Source: Ignavibacteriota bacterium | GTDB lineage: Bacteria; Bacteroidota; Ignavibacteria; UBA10030; UBA6906 | Length of the DNA stretch: 64,000 nucleotides | Reading direction: 5' to 3' | Assembly (NCBI GenBank): GCA_963801355.1 | Contig: CAWDEM010000004.1 | Span: 1,120,001 to 1,184,000, forward strand | Shown here: piece by piece, positions 1-9,162 of the stretch | Numbering within the stretch: position 1 is the stretch's first letter | Layout of the letters: every line of letters starts with the position of its first letter | Translations under genes and position numbers: made by a program | Notes under the pieces: model-generated | What the model saw: only the letters and a program-made list of their open reading frames with translations | Told to the model about the DNA's origin: nothing | Database searches by the model: none

Positions 1-1339
1 GATTGGCAGGACACTCGACCCCGGCGTCTGCAACCAGTGCCACGATGGATCGAGCAAACACAGCATCGGGAGCTATTTCCGGACCTCCCTGCATGCGAGC
101 GGCACAGCTTGGGAACCGGCCGAGGGTGGCCGTGCAAGCTGCCAGCCCTGCCACACCGGCAAAGGCTTCATCTATTACATAGACCACAACAAGGATATCT
201 CGGGTCTTGCAGCAGTGTGGAATGCAACGACCGATGCCGGCCCGATCACGTGCGTTGCATGCCATGATCCTCATGGAAACTCGAACCCCGGGATGATCCG
301 GACGATGAGCCTGAATGGTGACAGTCTGATCAACGGTTACATTCTTCCGGCTGCTCAGCGCTCCAAGACCGGAAACCTCTGCGGAAACTGCCACCACGCA
401 CGCTACGATGTACGGGCGCGTGTCAACGCCGCAAAGCCTCCGTACTACGGGTTTGCCAGCCGCTTCGGCCCGCACGAGAGCGGCCAGATGGATATGCTCC
501 AGGGTACCAGTGGCTACCAGTACGGCGACGAGAACCTCACCGGCATCGGCACGCACCTGGGTCTGGAAGGCGGCTGCACGACATGCCACATGGCGGAGCG
601 TCCAGCTCACGATCCGAGCGTGACGACGGTGAAGAACAACCTTAACCACTCCTTCATGTTTGACACAACGAGAGCAGCGTCCACCGGTTACAAGCCGACA
701 GCTGTGTGCGCCGGCTGCCATGGTGAGATCGAAGAATTCAACGACATTAAAGCAGGCTACGACTACGATCGCAACGGCAAGATCGAAGGCGTGCAGACCG
801 AAGTCCAGGGAATGCTTGACAAGTTGAAGGCAATCCTGCCGAAAGACTCAACAGGTGAGGTGATCGGTTCAGGTACGCTGAAGGCCAGCGATTCCGCGGC
901 CGTCAACGGCAAGCTCAATCTCGTTGCCGGTATCTGGAACTACCGCGTTGTGATGAATGACGGGAGCTTGGGCATCCACAACACGAAGTACGCGGTCGGC
1001 ATCCTCTACAAGAGCCTTGGCTGGACCCCGCTGTCGGTGAGGCAACTCGCCGGGCTGCCCACGGAATTCGGGCTGGATCAGAACTATCCGAATCCGTTCA
1101 ACCCGTCGACCACAATCCGATTCTCCCTGCCGCAAGAGAGCCAGGTCACGTTGGTGGTGTACGACATGACCGGTGCTGTCGTGAAGACCATTCTGAACGA
1201 CGCCCTCAGTGCAGGCAACAAGGAAGCGACGTGGGACGGCACCAACAGCAACGGTGCGAAGGTTGCCACCGGTATGTACATCTACCGTCTGGACGCCGGC
1301 AACTTCTCCTCAACAAAGAAGATGCTGTTGCTGAAGTAA
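1..1339 (+). CDS. Multiheme c-type cytochrome with C-terminal T9SS sorting (FlgD Ig-like) domain; 5' end lies outside the window
   Basis: Frame is open from position 2 (IGRTLDPGVCNQCH...). Six CxxCH motifs: CNQCH, CQPCH, CVACH, CGNCH, CTTCH, CAGCH. Helical WNY...DGSLGIHN region. Ends LDQNYPNPFNPSTTIRF...WDG...GMYIYRL...KKMLLLK. Confidence 0.9.
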   Translation, partial: IGRTLDPGVCNQCHDGSSKHSIGSYFRTSLHASGTAWEPAEGGRASCQPCHTGKGFIYYIDHNKDISGLAAVWNATTDAGPITCVACHDPHGNSNPGMIRTMSLNGDSLINGYILPAAQRSKTGNLCGNCHHARYDVRARVNAAKPPYYGFASRFGPHESGQMDMLQGTSGYQYGDENLTGIGTHLGLEGGCTTCHMAERPAHDPSVTTVKNNLNHSFMFDTTRAASTGYKPTAVCAGCHGEIEEFNDIKAGYDYDRNGKIEGVQTEVQGMLDKLKAILPKDSTGEVIGSGTLKASDSAAVNGKLNLVAGIWNYRVVMNDGSLGIHNTKYAVGILYKSLGWTPLSVRQLAGLPTEFGLDQNYPNPFNPSTTIRFSLPQESQVTLVVYDMTGAVVKTILNDALSAGNKEATWDGTNSNGAKVATGMYIYRLDAGNFSSTKKMLLLK

Positions 1340-1383
1340 CGGTTCCACGCTGATACCGGCTCACCGGGATCAGGACGAAGTCC

Positions 1384-1420
1384 GAAGGCAGGCGGCGATA
1401 TGCAGCCTGCCTTCTTTTTT
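1384..1420 (+). terminator. Rho-independent terminator after the cytochrome gene
   Basis: GAAGGCAGGC...GCCTGCCTTC 10-bp stem followed by TTTTTT. Confidence 0.85.
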
Positions 1421-1495
1421 GCCCGGGTGGCATAGAGGCAGAGAATTCCGCACATTGCATCCCCCAGGGGGAGAGTCGTGGGTTGCTCATCTGTC

Positions 1496-3667
1496 ATGAG
1501 GTTCGTGAAACAGACCGCTCGACATAGGATTGCACTCTTGTGTGCCGCTGTTGCATCCGGCTTCCTGCTGAGCGCGATGGCACCGGCAGGTGACCCCCAG
1601 GCCCAGTGCGGCCTGCATGTCAGTCCCCAGCGCATCCGGTCCCAGGATGAAATCGGAGGCAAACACATGACGGCGCGGGGGACTCTCCGCATCCTCATCG
1701 TATTTGCCAGCTTCCCCGATGACGAGACGCCGCATCCCAACTGGCCCGCCCATCAACCGCCCCTCTTCATGCACAAATTCATCGATCCCGACACACTGAC
1801 GCGTTCGACTGAGCCGTTTAACCTCACGCACTATTTCCGCGAGATGTCCCTGGGGCAATATGCCCTTATCGGCGACGTGCTCTGGGTTGAGTCGGCCCGC
1901 TCCGGGTCTGAATACGCCAATGGCTCATATGGACGCGCGAATACCGATATCATTCAGGAGCGGCTCGATTCACTCATTGATTTTTCAGCGTATGATCAGT
2001 GGACGCGGGTGGCGGATTACACGAACGTCAATGTTCCTGACGGTGTTGTCGATATGATTGTCATGATCTGGCGGACAACACTGTTCGGGTATCTGGGCGA
2101 GGCATCTCTGGGGTACAAAGCGGCCATACCGGTGGACGGGAAGCGGATCGAGATGGGATTTCCCGAGAGCTTTGTCGTTTCACAGGGCTCGGGCGTGACA
2201 TGCGAATATCCCTACGGCGATTCACCCGGCCGGGCAATGCAGACTATGGCACATGAGCTCGGCCACTGGCTCCTGGGCGGCCTTCATCCCTACAGCACTC
2301 AACTTGCCGGAAAACATCAATACTGGGGAATCCTCTGTGCAGGTGAACGACTCTCGTCCTGTATGAATGCCTACGAACGGGAACGGCTGGGCTGGATCAA
2401 CATTCCTGAAATCGAGTCCGACCTCGATCTCTCTCTCTCTGACTATGTGCGGACCGGCGCAGCCCTCAAATATCATCCTGCGAACGGAGACCCACTCGAA
2501 TTCTTCTATATCGAAAACCATCAGCGGCTTTCGATTTTCGACGACGTGACGCTCAATCCCGGTGACACGGGGATCTGGATTCTCCACCAGCAGCATCCGT
2601 ATCTGGACCTGGACAATCTGCGTATCAAGCCATCGGATGGCAACTGGGCGTGGGAGCAGGTTGGCACCAATGCTGCATGCTTCGGCCAGGAAGTGCCGGT
2701 ATTCAGCCGCGGGAATCCCCGGGTCGTTACCGGCGAATCTCACCGCGATCAAATCCCCACGCAATCCAGCGCCGTCAACTGGATGTACGCGTTCAAAGGA
2801 GACACCGGGCCCGTCCGGTGCGGGGTTTTCCTCGGCGGAGAATCATTCTCGGGAGCCTATGACACGTCATCCATCACACTGTTTTCACCGTACAGCAATC
2901 CCAACAGCAACAACTGGAACGGTCAACCTACGACATTCTCACTCGAAGTTCTGAGAATTATCGACCGCGTGGCAGTTGTCCGCTCTTCGTCAGATCCCCT
3001 TGCTGCTCCTCCGGCACGGAGGTATATCGGCATGGATCCGTCGTACACCGATACCCTGCCCGGTGTTCTCCCCCTTGCCTGGGGAGCAGAGTGGAGTGAC
3101 GGGCAGCCGCTGGAGTCCGATGTTGCATCCTCGACATTGCAGCGAAAGATGGGAGACGACAGCTGGGAAACTGTCTATCAGGGGCCGGCCACGCGATGGA
3201 TCGACAAGAATATCCACTACGACTCAGCAGGTTCCCGCACGGTTGCGTTCCGTGTGAGGGTGCACGACAGCGGGGGGAAGCTGTCGATGTGGTCAAACGT
3301 TCTGCTTGCGCGCGCCTACGGTTTCTCAGATGTCTCAGTGCGTGAGCGTGAGACACCGTCTCCGGTGCGGCTGGAGAACTGTTATCCCAACCCCTGCAAC
3401 CCGGCGACGACCATACAGTTTTCGATTGTGGATCCACAATTCACGACTCTTCGCGTGTATGATCTGCTGGGGCGGGAAGTGGCCATGCTTGTGAATGAGC
3501 CGAAAGAGGCAGGGCAACACGCTGTGCGCTTTGACGTTTCGGGTCTGGCAAGCGGAGTCTATTGCTACCGATTGCAGGTCCGCCCACTGGACTCCGCGCC
3601 CGGCCGTGACGCAAAAAGCGGGGCGGGCAGCCGCGTGGAATCGAAGAGACTCATCGTCTTGCGGTAA
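1496..3667 (+). CDS. Secreted M6-like (immune inhibitor A-type) zinc metalloprotease with T9SS CTD
   Basis: Signal peptide, GTLRILIVFASFPD, DGVVD, AHELGHWLLG zinc motif, ERERLGWI, FYIEN, C-terminal YPNPxNP CTD. Start codon uncertain (1478 or 1496). Confidence 0.8.
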   Translation: MRFVKQTARHRIALLCAAVASGFLLSAMAPAGDPQAQCGLHVSPQRIRSQDEIGGKHMTARGTLRILIVFASFPDDETPHPNWPAHQPPLFMHKFIDPDTLTRSTEPFNLTHYFREMSLGQYALIGDVLWVESARSGSEYANGSYGRANTDIIQERLDSLIDFSAYDQWTRVADYTNVNVPDGVVDMIVMIWRTTLFGYLGEASLGYKAAIPVDGKRIEMGFPESFVVSQGSGVTCEYPYGDSPGRAMQTMAHELGHWLLGGLHPYSTQLAGKHQYWGILCAGERLSSCMNAYERERLGWINIPEIESDLDLSLSDYVRTGAALKYHPANGDPLEFFYIENHQRLSIFDDVTLNPGDTGIWILHQQHPYLDLDNLRIKPSDGNWAWEQVGTNAACFGQEVPVFSRGNPRVVTGESHRDQIPTQSSAVNWMYAFKGDTGPVRCGVFLGGESFSGAYDTSSITLFSPYSNPNSNNWNGQPTTFSLEVLRIIDRVAVVRSSSDPLAAPPARRYIGMDPSYTDTLPGVLPLAWGAEWSDGQPLESDVASSTLQRKMGDDSWETVYQGPATRWIDKNIHYDSAGSRTVAFRVRVHDSGGKLSMWSNVLLARAYGFSDVSVRERETPSPVRLENCYPNPCNPATTIQFSIVDPQFTTLRVYDLLGREVAMLVNEPKEAGQHAVRFDVSGLASGVYCYRLQVRPLDSAPGRDAKSGAGSRVESKRLIVLR

Positions 3668-3671
3668 GAGC

Positions 3672-3699
3672 AATCGAAGATCGAGGATTGAGGATCGAA
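3672..3699. repeat. Four degenerate 7-bp tandem repeats
   Basis: AATCGAA GATCGAG GATTGAG GATCGAA. Confidence 0.65.
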
Positions 3700-3762
3700 G
3701 TGCCCTCATTCATTGAGTAATCAGCAAGGCTCAATCTACCATCTCCCATCAGGACGTCCACT

Positions 3763-4920
3763 ATGGACATGATCTATTGTGACTATGCGGCCACGACCCC
3801 GGTCGATCCGCGGGTGCGTGAGGCGATGGAACCCTATTTTGGCCGGATATTTGGGAATGCGTCATCGATCCATGCTGCGGGCCGGGAAGCAAAGGCCGCG
3901 CTCGAGGTGGCCCGGGCGACCATCGCACGCTGTATCGGCGCGCAGCCGGGAGAAGTGGTATTCACGAGCGGGGGGACGGAGTCTGACAACGCGGCGATTG
4001 CAGGCACTCTCCGCGCCGCGCCGGCCGGCGGCCGCCGGGGTATTGTGACTGCCGCGGCGGAGCACCACGCTGTACTCTCCCCGTGCGAAGAGATCGGTCG
4101 AACCGGCTATCCCGTGACTATCCTTCCGGTCGACCGTCACGGCATTGTCGAGCGTGACGCCCTGCATGCAGCGCTCAAGAATAGTCCACTGCTGATTTCC
4201 CTTATGTACGGGAACAATGAGGTGGGTGCACTCACGCCACTCCGCGAAATTACCGGTCCTGTACACGAGGCGGGAGCGTTGCTTCATTCAGACGCCGTTC
4301 AGTGTCTGGGGAAAGTCCCCGTGGATGTCAATGGGCTCGGAGTCGATTTCATGAGTCTCACAGCACACAAAGTGTATGGCCCCAAGGGCATCGGTGCGCT
4401 CTACATACGGAGCGGCACTCCCTGGAGCCCGGTCATGTTTGGCGGCGGGCAGGAACGGGGCAGGCGACCCGGCACGGAGAATGTTGCGCTGGCTGTCGGT
4501 TTTGCCAGGGCGGCGGAATTGGCGGTGGAATCCATGGCCGGGGAGGCTCTCCGGCTGTCTGCAATGAGAGATGCATTGGAGCAGAGAGTGAGAGACGAAT
4601 TCCCCGAAGTCAGTGTGAACTCCACGGCCTCCGAGCGACTTCCCACCATTTTGAATTTCTCGTTCGACAGTACACGCTTGCCGATGGAAGGGGAGATGCT
4701 GGTCGTGAATCTCGATCTCGCTGGAATCGCCGCCTCGAGCGGCTCGGCCTGCACTTCAGGCAGCATCCGGCCATCCCATGTCCTCCTGGCGATGGGAAGA
4801 TCTCCCGCGACTGCGGCAGCGGCGGTCCGGTTTTCGTTCGGGAGGATGAGCAGTCCGGAGGATGGCGAGAGGGCGTTGGCCGTGCTCAAAGAAATCGTAC
4901 AGCGGGTGAGAACAGGTTGA
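3763..4920 (+). CDS. iscS: Cysteine desulfurase (IscS/NifS group I)
   Basis: YCDYAATTP, FTSGGTESDN, TAHKVYGPKG (PLP lysine), SSGSACTSG (catalytic Cys). Confidence 0.9.
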   Translation: MDMIYCDYAATTPVDPRVREAMEPYFGRIFGNASSIHAAGREAKAALEVARATIARCIGAQPGEVVFTSGGTESDNAAIAGTLRAAPAGGRRGIVTAAAEHHAVLSPCEEIGRTGYPVTILPVDRHGIVERDALHAALKNSPLLISLMYGNNEVGALTPLREITGPVHEAGALLHSDAVQCLGKVPVDVNGLGVDFMSLTAHKVYGPKGIGALYIRSGTPWSPVMFGGGQERGRRPGTENVALAVGFARAAELAVESMAGEALRLSAMRDALEQRVRDEFPEVSVNSTASERLPTILNFSFDSTRLPMEGEMLVVNLDLAGIAASSGSACTSGSIRPSHVLLAMGRSPATAAAAVRFSFGRMSSPEDGERALAVLKEIVQRVRTG

Positions 4921-4983
4921 AGGGGGTCGACAAGTCCGCATTGCACCTCCTGCACGGGCCGGGCAGGGGCACACTCGTGATCC

Positions 4984-5841
4984 CTACATTGATTGCAGCA
5001 CCAGGGCTATCCATTCGTGCTCGGCGGCTCGTGAAAGGATGCGGCCGCCGGCTACAGATAAGGATCGGGCGATTTCTTCCTCATCCTCACGGAGCAATCC
5101 GGAGAGGATCAGATGTCCTGATGGACTCAGGCGCCGGATCATGCGGGGCATGAGCGGGACAAGCACGGTGCGCTGGATGTTCGCGACGATCAGATCGAAT
5201 TGCCCGGCCGGGAGTTCCGCCAGCGTCGCCTGCATGAAGGTGAACCGGTCGGCGACGCCGTTGACCCGCGCATTCTCCCTCGCATTTACTGCCGACCACT
5301 CGTCTATATCAAGGCCCACGGCTGATGCAGCCCCGAGCTTGAGCGCCGCTATGGCCAGTATCCCGGTGCCGGTGCCAATATCAAGCACCCGATCGCCCGG
5401 GTGCACCGTGTCCTCCAGGAGGCGGAGGACAAGACGCGTTGTCTCGTGAAATCCCGTACCGAACGACATCTTTGGGTCAATCGTCAGTACGAGGTCCCGG
5501 GGGCTTGCGCCGGATGAGTGCCATGAGGGGGCGATCACAAGATGCCGGCCGACCCGGATCGGCCGGATGGTTTTCTCCCATTCGGCGTTCCAATCGGTGT
5601 TCTCGATTGGAGTTACAGTGACGGTGGGGAGAGGAGTACCGGCCGCGTTGTGGAGGAGCTCTACTACCCCGTTGATATCTGCCAGCAGGGATGGAGACCA
5701 GTGCTCCGTTCCGATGTAGGACTTCAAGATCGTGCCGTCTTCCCAGAACCCTTCAAAGCCGATCTGTCCCAGCAATGCGGCGAGACGGTCAAAGAGTTCC
5801 ACATCGGCGTGAATGGCTATTTCGAAATAACCGGGGGGCAT
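4984..5841 (-). CDS. prmA: Ribosomal protein L11 methyltransferase
   Basis: DWNAEWEK, IDPKMSFGTGFHETT, VLDIGTGTGIL, LILSGLL. Start placed at ATG 5841. Confidence 0.92.
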   Translation of the reverse strand: MPPGYFEIAIHADVELFDRLAALLGQIGFEGFWEDGTILKSYIGTEHWSPSLLADINGVVELLHNAAGTPLPTVTVTPIENTDWNAEWEKTIRPIRVGRHLVIAPSWHSSGASPRDLVLTIDPKMSFGTGFHETTRLVLRLLEDTVHPGDRVLDIGTGTGILAIAALKLGAASAVGLDIDEWSAVNARENARVNGVADRFTFMQATLAELPAGQFDLIVANIQRTVLVPLMPRMIRRLSPSGHLILSGLLREDEEEIARSLSVAGGRILSRAAEHEWIALVLQSM

Positions 5842-5872
5842 TGGCCACAGTCCGGGAGGTGCGCCGCAGTTT

Positions 5873-6841
5873 CTACGGCACGCTCCTGTAGACGACACTC
5901 GTCAGCACTCTGCCCACAGCACCGAGACTCTCGCTGCTGCAGTGTTCAGGGATGTCGTTGTGTGTATGCCAGTAGCGATGAGATTGATCGGGGTAGGCAA
6001 AGTCAATGATGTCGATGGTCTTGATGCCTGCCTCATTGAGCGGCACATGATCGTCGATGATTTCGTCGCCGATCCGGTCGGAAAATTGCGTGATACCCAA
6101 TTCGCGTGCAGTATCCCAGACATTTTTCACGACATCCGGAGCGGAACGGACGGATTGCTGCTCCTTGAAAATCTCAAGATCCGCATCCCCGACCATGTCG
6201 AGAAGGACACCGTATCGTGGGCGGTAATTCGCCGGTATGGTCCGGGCGAAATGCCGCGATCCGAGCAGATACTGGCTGAGATCGCCCTCATGGCCGTAGT
6301 CTTCTCCGTCGAACAGGACGATATCCACTCCGATGGGCGGCGGAGTGGCTTTCATGAGCGCTGCGATCTCAAGAAGCACGGCGACGCCGCTTGCTCCGTC
6401 ATTGGCGCCAAGGATGGGCTGCCGCTGTCTTGTTTTATCCGGGTCCCGTTCGGCGCGCGGGCGTGTGTCCCAGTGCGCGCAAAGGAGAATCCGGGATGCA
6501 GATCCGGGCCGGAATGACGCGATGACATTGGTCAGGTGGAGAGTTTCGCCCTCATAGCCTGCATGGGTGAACTCCTGTGTGCGCACGTCATCGGCGTTTG
6601 ATGTGAGAAACGAGACCAGGAATTGCAGACACGCGCGATGCCCCGCTGATCCGGGGTTACGTGGCCCGAAGGATGTTTGCTGCGACAGGAGATCGAAGGC
6701 GCGGGGCCCGGCAAATTCAGGGATAACAGGCATGGGTGTGCTGGCGGTTCGTGGCTGGCCGGGAGTGCCGGTGCGTGATTGATCCTGAGAACAACTTGCT
6801 GCGAGCATCGCAATCGCAAGCAGGAGAGAGAAACGTGACAT
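5873..6841 (-). CDS. M28-family lipoprotein, probable glutaminyl-peptide cyclotransferase
   Basis: Lipobox LAASC; FGPRNPGS, AHWDTRP, GANDGASG, FDGEDYG, LLDMVG, DDHVP, WHTHND. Confidence 0.8.
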   Translation of the reverse strand: MSRFSLLLAIAMLAASCSQDQSRTGTPGQPRTASTPMPVIPEFAGPRAFDLLSQQTSFGPRNPGSAGHRACLQFLVSFLTSNADDVRTQEFTHAGYEGETLHLTNVIASFRPGSASRILLCAHWDTRPRAERDPDKTRQRQPILGANDGASGVAVLLEIAALMKATPPPIGVDIVLFDGEDYGHEGDLSQYLLGSRHFARTIPANYRPRYGVLLDMVGDADLEIFKEQQSVRSAPDVVKNVWDTARELGITQFSDRIGDEIIDDHVPLNEAGIKTIDIIDFAYPDQSHRYWHTHNDIPEHCSSESLGAVGRVLTSVVYRSVP

Positions 6842-6994
6842 GATCATCCGGCAAGTATTGTCTGACAGGTTGACCAAGGTAGGAAAAAGGGGCAGGAAAA
6901 GCAAAAAAGCGCGCAACCTTTCGGCGTCAGAGCACGTCTAAACAAGAAAGTGGTTTCTCCCTGGGGCATTTCCCCATAACAAGGAGGTACAGCT

Positions 6995-7903
6995 ATGTCC
7001 TCATTCCGCCTGGTCGCATTCCTCTGCCTGCTCATGGTCATCGCGTCCGTTGACGGCCGCGCCGGAAACCGGCATTTTGAAAAGAAATTCCAGGTGTCCC
7101 CCGGCGGAACGCTCGCGGTGAACACTGATCTCGGGTCGGTCTACGTGACCGGCTCGGGCACCAATGAAGTCAGCATTCTCGTGGAGATGGAGGGACGGCA
7201 GAAAGATCTGGATGAGTTCGAGCTCGAAGCGACACAAACATCCGGTGGTGTTGACGTGAAGGGGAAGAGCCATCGGGGTGGATGGAAGATCTTCCGCTCG
7301 TATGATGTGAATGCCAGGTTTACCATCACCGTGCCGCGCGCGTACAGCGTGCATCTTGCGACCTCAGGGGGGGATATGGTGGTGAAGGAAATTCAAGGCA
7401 AAGTGGAAGGCACGACTTCCGGCGGTGATCTGCATGTGGAACAGGTTGAAGGGGAAATCGACCTGCATACCTCCGGAGGCGATATTCGCGTGGAATCGGT
7501 CAAAGGCAACGTGCGTGCCGGGACGTCCGGCGGCGATGTCTATGTGAGATCGGTGACCGGTGACGTCGAAGGAGAAACCTCGGGTGGGAATGTCACGGTT
7601 GCCGACGTCGAAGGAAAGGCGCGTGCGGAGACCTCGGGCGGCAATGTCATTGTGAAAGTGCGGGGGGTGAACAAGGGCGTGCATGCGCAGACCTCCGGCG
7701 GAAATGTAGACGTGCAGATTGCCAGGAACAGTGCCGCGAACATCGATGCCTCCACCAGCGGAGGAGATGTCGAGTGCGATCTTCCGGTGACCGTTTCCGG
7801 CAAGATCAAGGATACGTCGATCAAAGGAACGATAAACGGCGGCGGGCCGATGATTTACGCTCACACCTCCGGCGGCAACATCCGCATCCGGCCGCTGGAA
7901 TAG
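6995..7903 (+). CDS. Secreted DUF4097-type beta-strand repeat protein
   Basis: Signal peptide and about nine TSGG(D/N) repeats at roughly 18-aa spacing. Confidence 0.8.
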   Translation: MSSFRLVAFLCLLMVIASVDGRAGNRHFEKKFQVSPGGTLAVNTDLGSVYVTGSGTNEVSILVEMEGRQKDLDEFELEATQTSGGVDVKGKSHRGGWKIFRSYDVNARFTITVPRAYSVHLATSGGDMVVKEIQGKVEGTTSGGDLHVEQVEGEIDLHTSGGDIRVESVKGNVRAGTSGGDVYVRSVTGDVEGETSGGNVTVADVEGKARAETSGGNVIVKVRGVNKGVHAQTSGGNVDVQIARNSAANIDASTSGGDVECDLPVTVSGKIKDTSIKGTINGGGPMIYAHTSGGNIRIRPLE

Positions 7904-7933
7904 CCTGGATATTGACGGGTTGTGGACGGTGGG

Positions 7934-7970
7934 TCCCCCGCTTCAGCCTGGGCATAGTCTGAGGCGGGGG
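7934..7970. terminator. GC-rich stem-loop downstream of the DUF4097 gene
   Basis: CCCCCGCTTCAG...CTGAGGCGGGGG 12-bp stem with one G-U pair; no U tract. Confidence 0.5.
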
Positions 7971-7999
7971 CACAATCCGCGGATTGCTCCTCTCCCCGC

Positions 8000-8028
8000 T
8001 TGACACCTTACCGGCCGTTTGTTAGCTT
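8000..8028 (+). promoter_or_regulatory. Sigma70-type promoter for the DUF2007-pcm-glgB run
   Basis: TTGACA-17 nt-TAGCTT. Confidence 0.65.
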
Positions 8029-8059
8029 ATAGGGCACCCCACATCGCCGGAGCTCCCTC

Positions 8060-8398
8060 ATGTTCTGCCCTCAATGCACAACCGAATACCTCAATGGGAT
8101 TACGGAATGCGCGGACTGCAGAGTTCCCCTCGTGCGCACGCTTCCCCCCGAACCCGATCACTCCACCAATGGCTACGTCCGTGTCCTGTCGACATACAAT
8201 GCCGCTGATATTGCCATCATAAAGTCAATTCTTGACGATGCGGAGATCGAATACTATTTCGAAGGCGAAGCATTCAACGGAGTCAGCCCGCTGATTCAGC
8301 CGGCGGTGTTGTTTGTGGTGCGCGATCAGGAGGAAGATGCCAGAGACGCGCTTCGTGATGTCGACCTCCGCTACATGGGATTGACCGCGAGGGAATAG
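8060..8398 (+). CDS. DUF2007 domain protein with N-terminal zinc ribbon
   Basis: MFCPQC...CADC...PLV followed by A-IIKSILDDAEIEY...LFV pattern. Confidence 0.75.
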   Translation: MFCPQCTTEYLNGITECADCRVPLVRTLPPEPDHSTNGYVRVLSTYNAADIAIIKSILDDAEIEYYFEGEAFNGVSPLIQPAVLFVVRDQEEDARDALRDVDLRYMGLTARE

Positions 8399-8412
8399 AA
8401 GACACAACAACA

Positions 8413-9162
8413 ATGATCAACATCTCGAGAACCCTGTACCTCACGGACACCGCAGTGATCCTCGCTCTCATGACAGGTTGTTCCCCTGTACCCGACGAAT
8501 ATGTCAGGCAGCGCGAACAGATGGTTCAGACACAGATCGTGAGCAGGGGAGTCAGCGATGAAGGAACGCTGCAGGCCATGCGCCTGGTGCCACGCCACCG
8601 GTTTGTGCCGGTGGACGAAGTCCGCAATGCCTATGCCGACACTCCATTGCCGATTGGAGGAGGGCAGACGATTTCCCAGCCGTACATGGTTGCGGCGATG
8701 ACCGAGCTCCTGCATGCCCGGAAAGGGCAACGGGTTCTCGAAGTGGGCACCGGTTCAGGCTATCAGGCGGCGGTGCTGGCGACGATCGTCGACACCGTAT
8801 ACACCATCGAGATACTGCCTGCGCTCGCTGAAATGGCGAGGGATCGCCTCTACGCGCTCGGGTACACGAATGTCGTGACCAGATCGGGAGACGGCTATCT
8901 CGGCTGGCCCGAACATGCCCCCTTCGACGGCATCGTCATTACCGCGGCGGCAGAAGACATTCCCGCGCCTCTCATCGCGCAATTGAAGGAGGGTGGTCGT
9001 CTGGTGATACCGGTGGGATCCCCGTACGACGTGCAGACGCTTGTTGTGGGGGAAAAACGCGACGGGAAGTTCACCCGCCGGGAGGTCATGCCCGTGCGTT
9101 TCGTGCCGATGCAGCGGAATGCCCCCGACGACGATCAGTCCACGCAAAGGACAATTCCATGA
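8413..9162 (+). CDS. pcm: Protein-L-isoaspartate O-methyltransferase
   Basis: VPRHRFVP, QTISQPYMVA, VLEVGTGSGYQAA, GDGYLGWPEHAPFD, VRFVPM. Confidence 0.93.
   Translation: MINISRTLYLTDTAVILALMTGCSPVPDEYVRQREQMVQTQIVSRGVSDEGTLQAMRLVPRHRFVPVDEVRNAYADTPLPIGGGQTISQPYMVAAMTELLHARKGQRVLEVGTGSGYQAAVLATIVDTVYTIEILPALAEMARDRLYALGYTNVVTRSGDGYLGWPEHAPFDGIVITAAAEDIPAPLIAQLKEGGRLVIPVGSPYDVQTLVVGEKRDGKFTRREVMPVRFVPMQRNAPDDDQSTQRTIP

Noticed and set aside
7360-7880. Recurrent ACCTC(C/G)GGCGG nucleotide motifs
   Set aside because: They encode the TSGG repeats of the DUF4097 protein, not an independent DNA repeat
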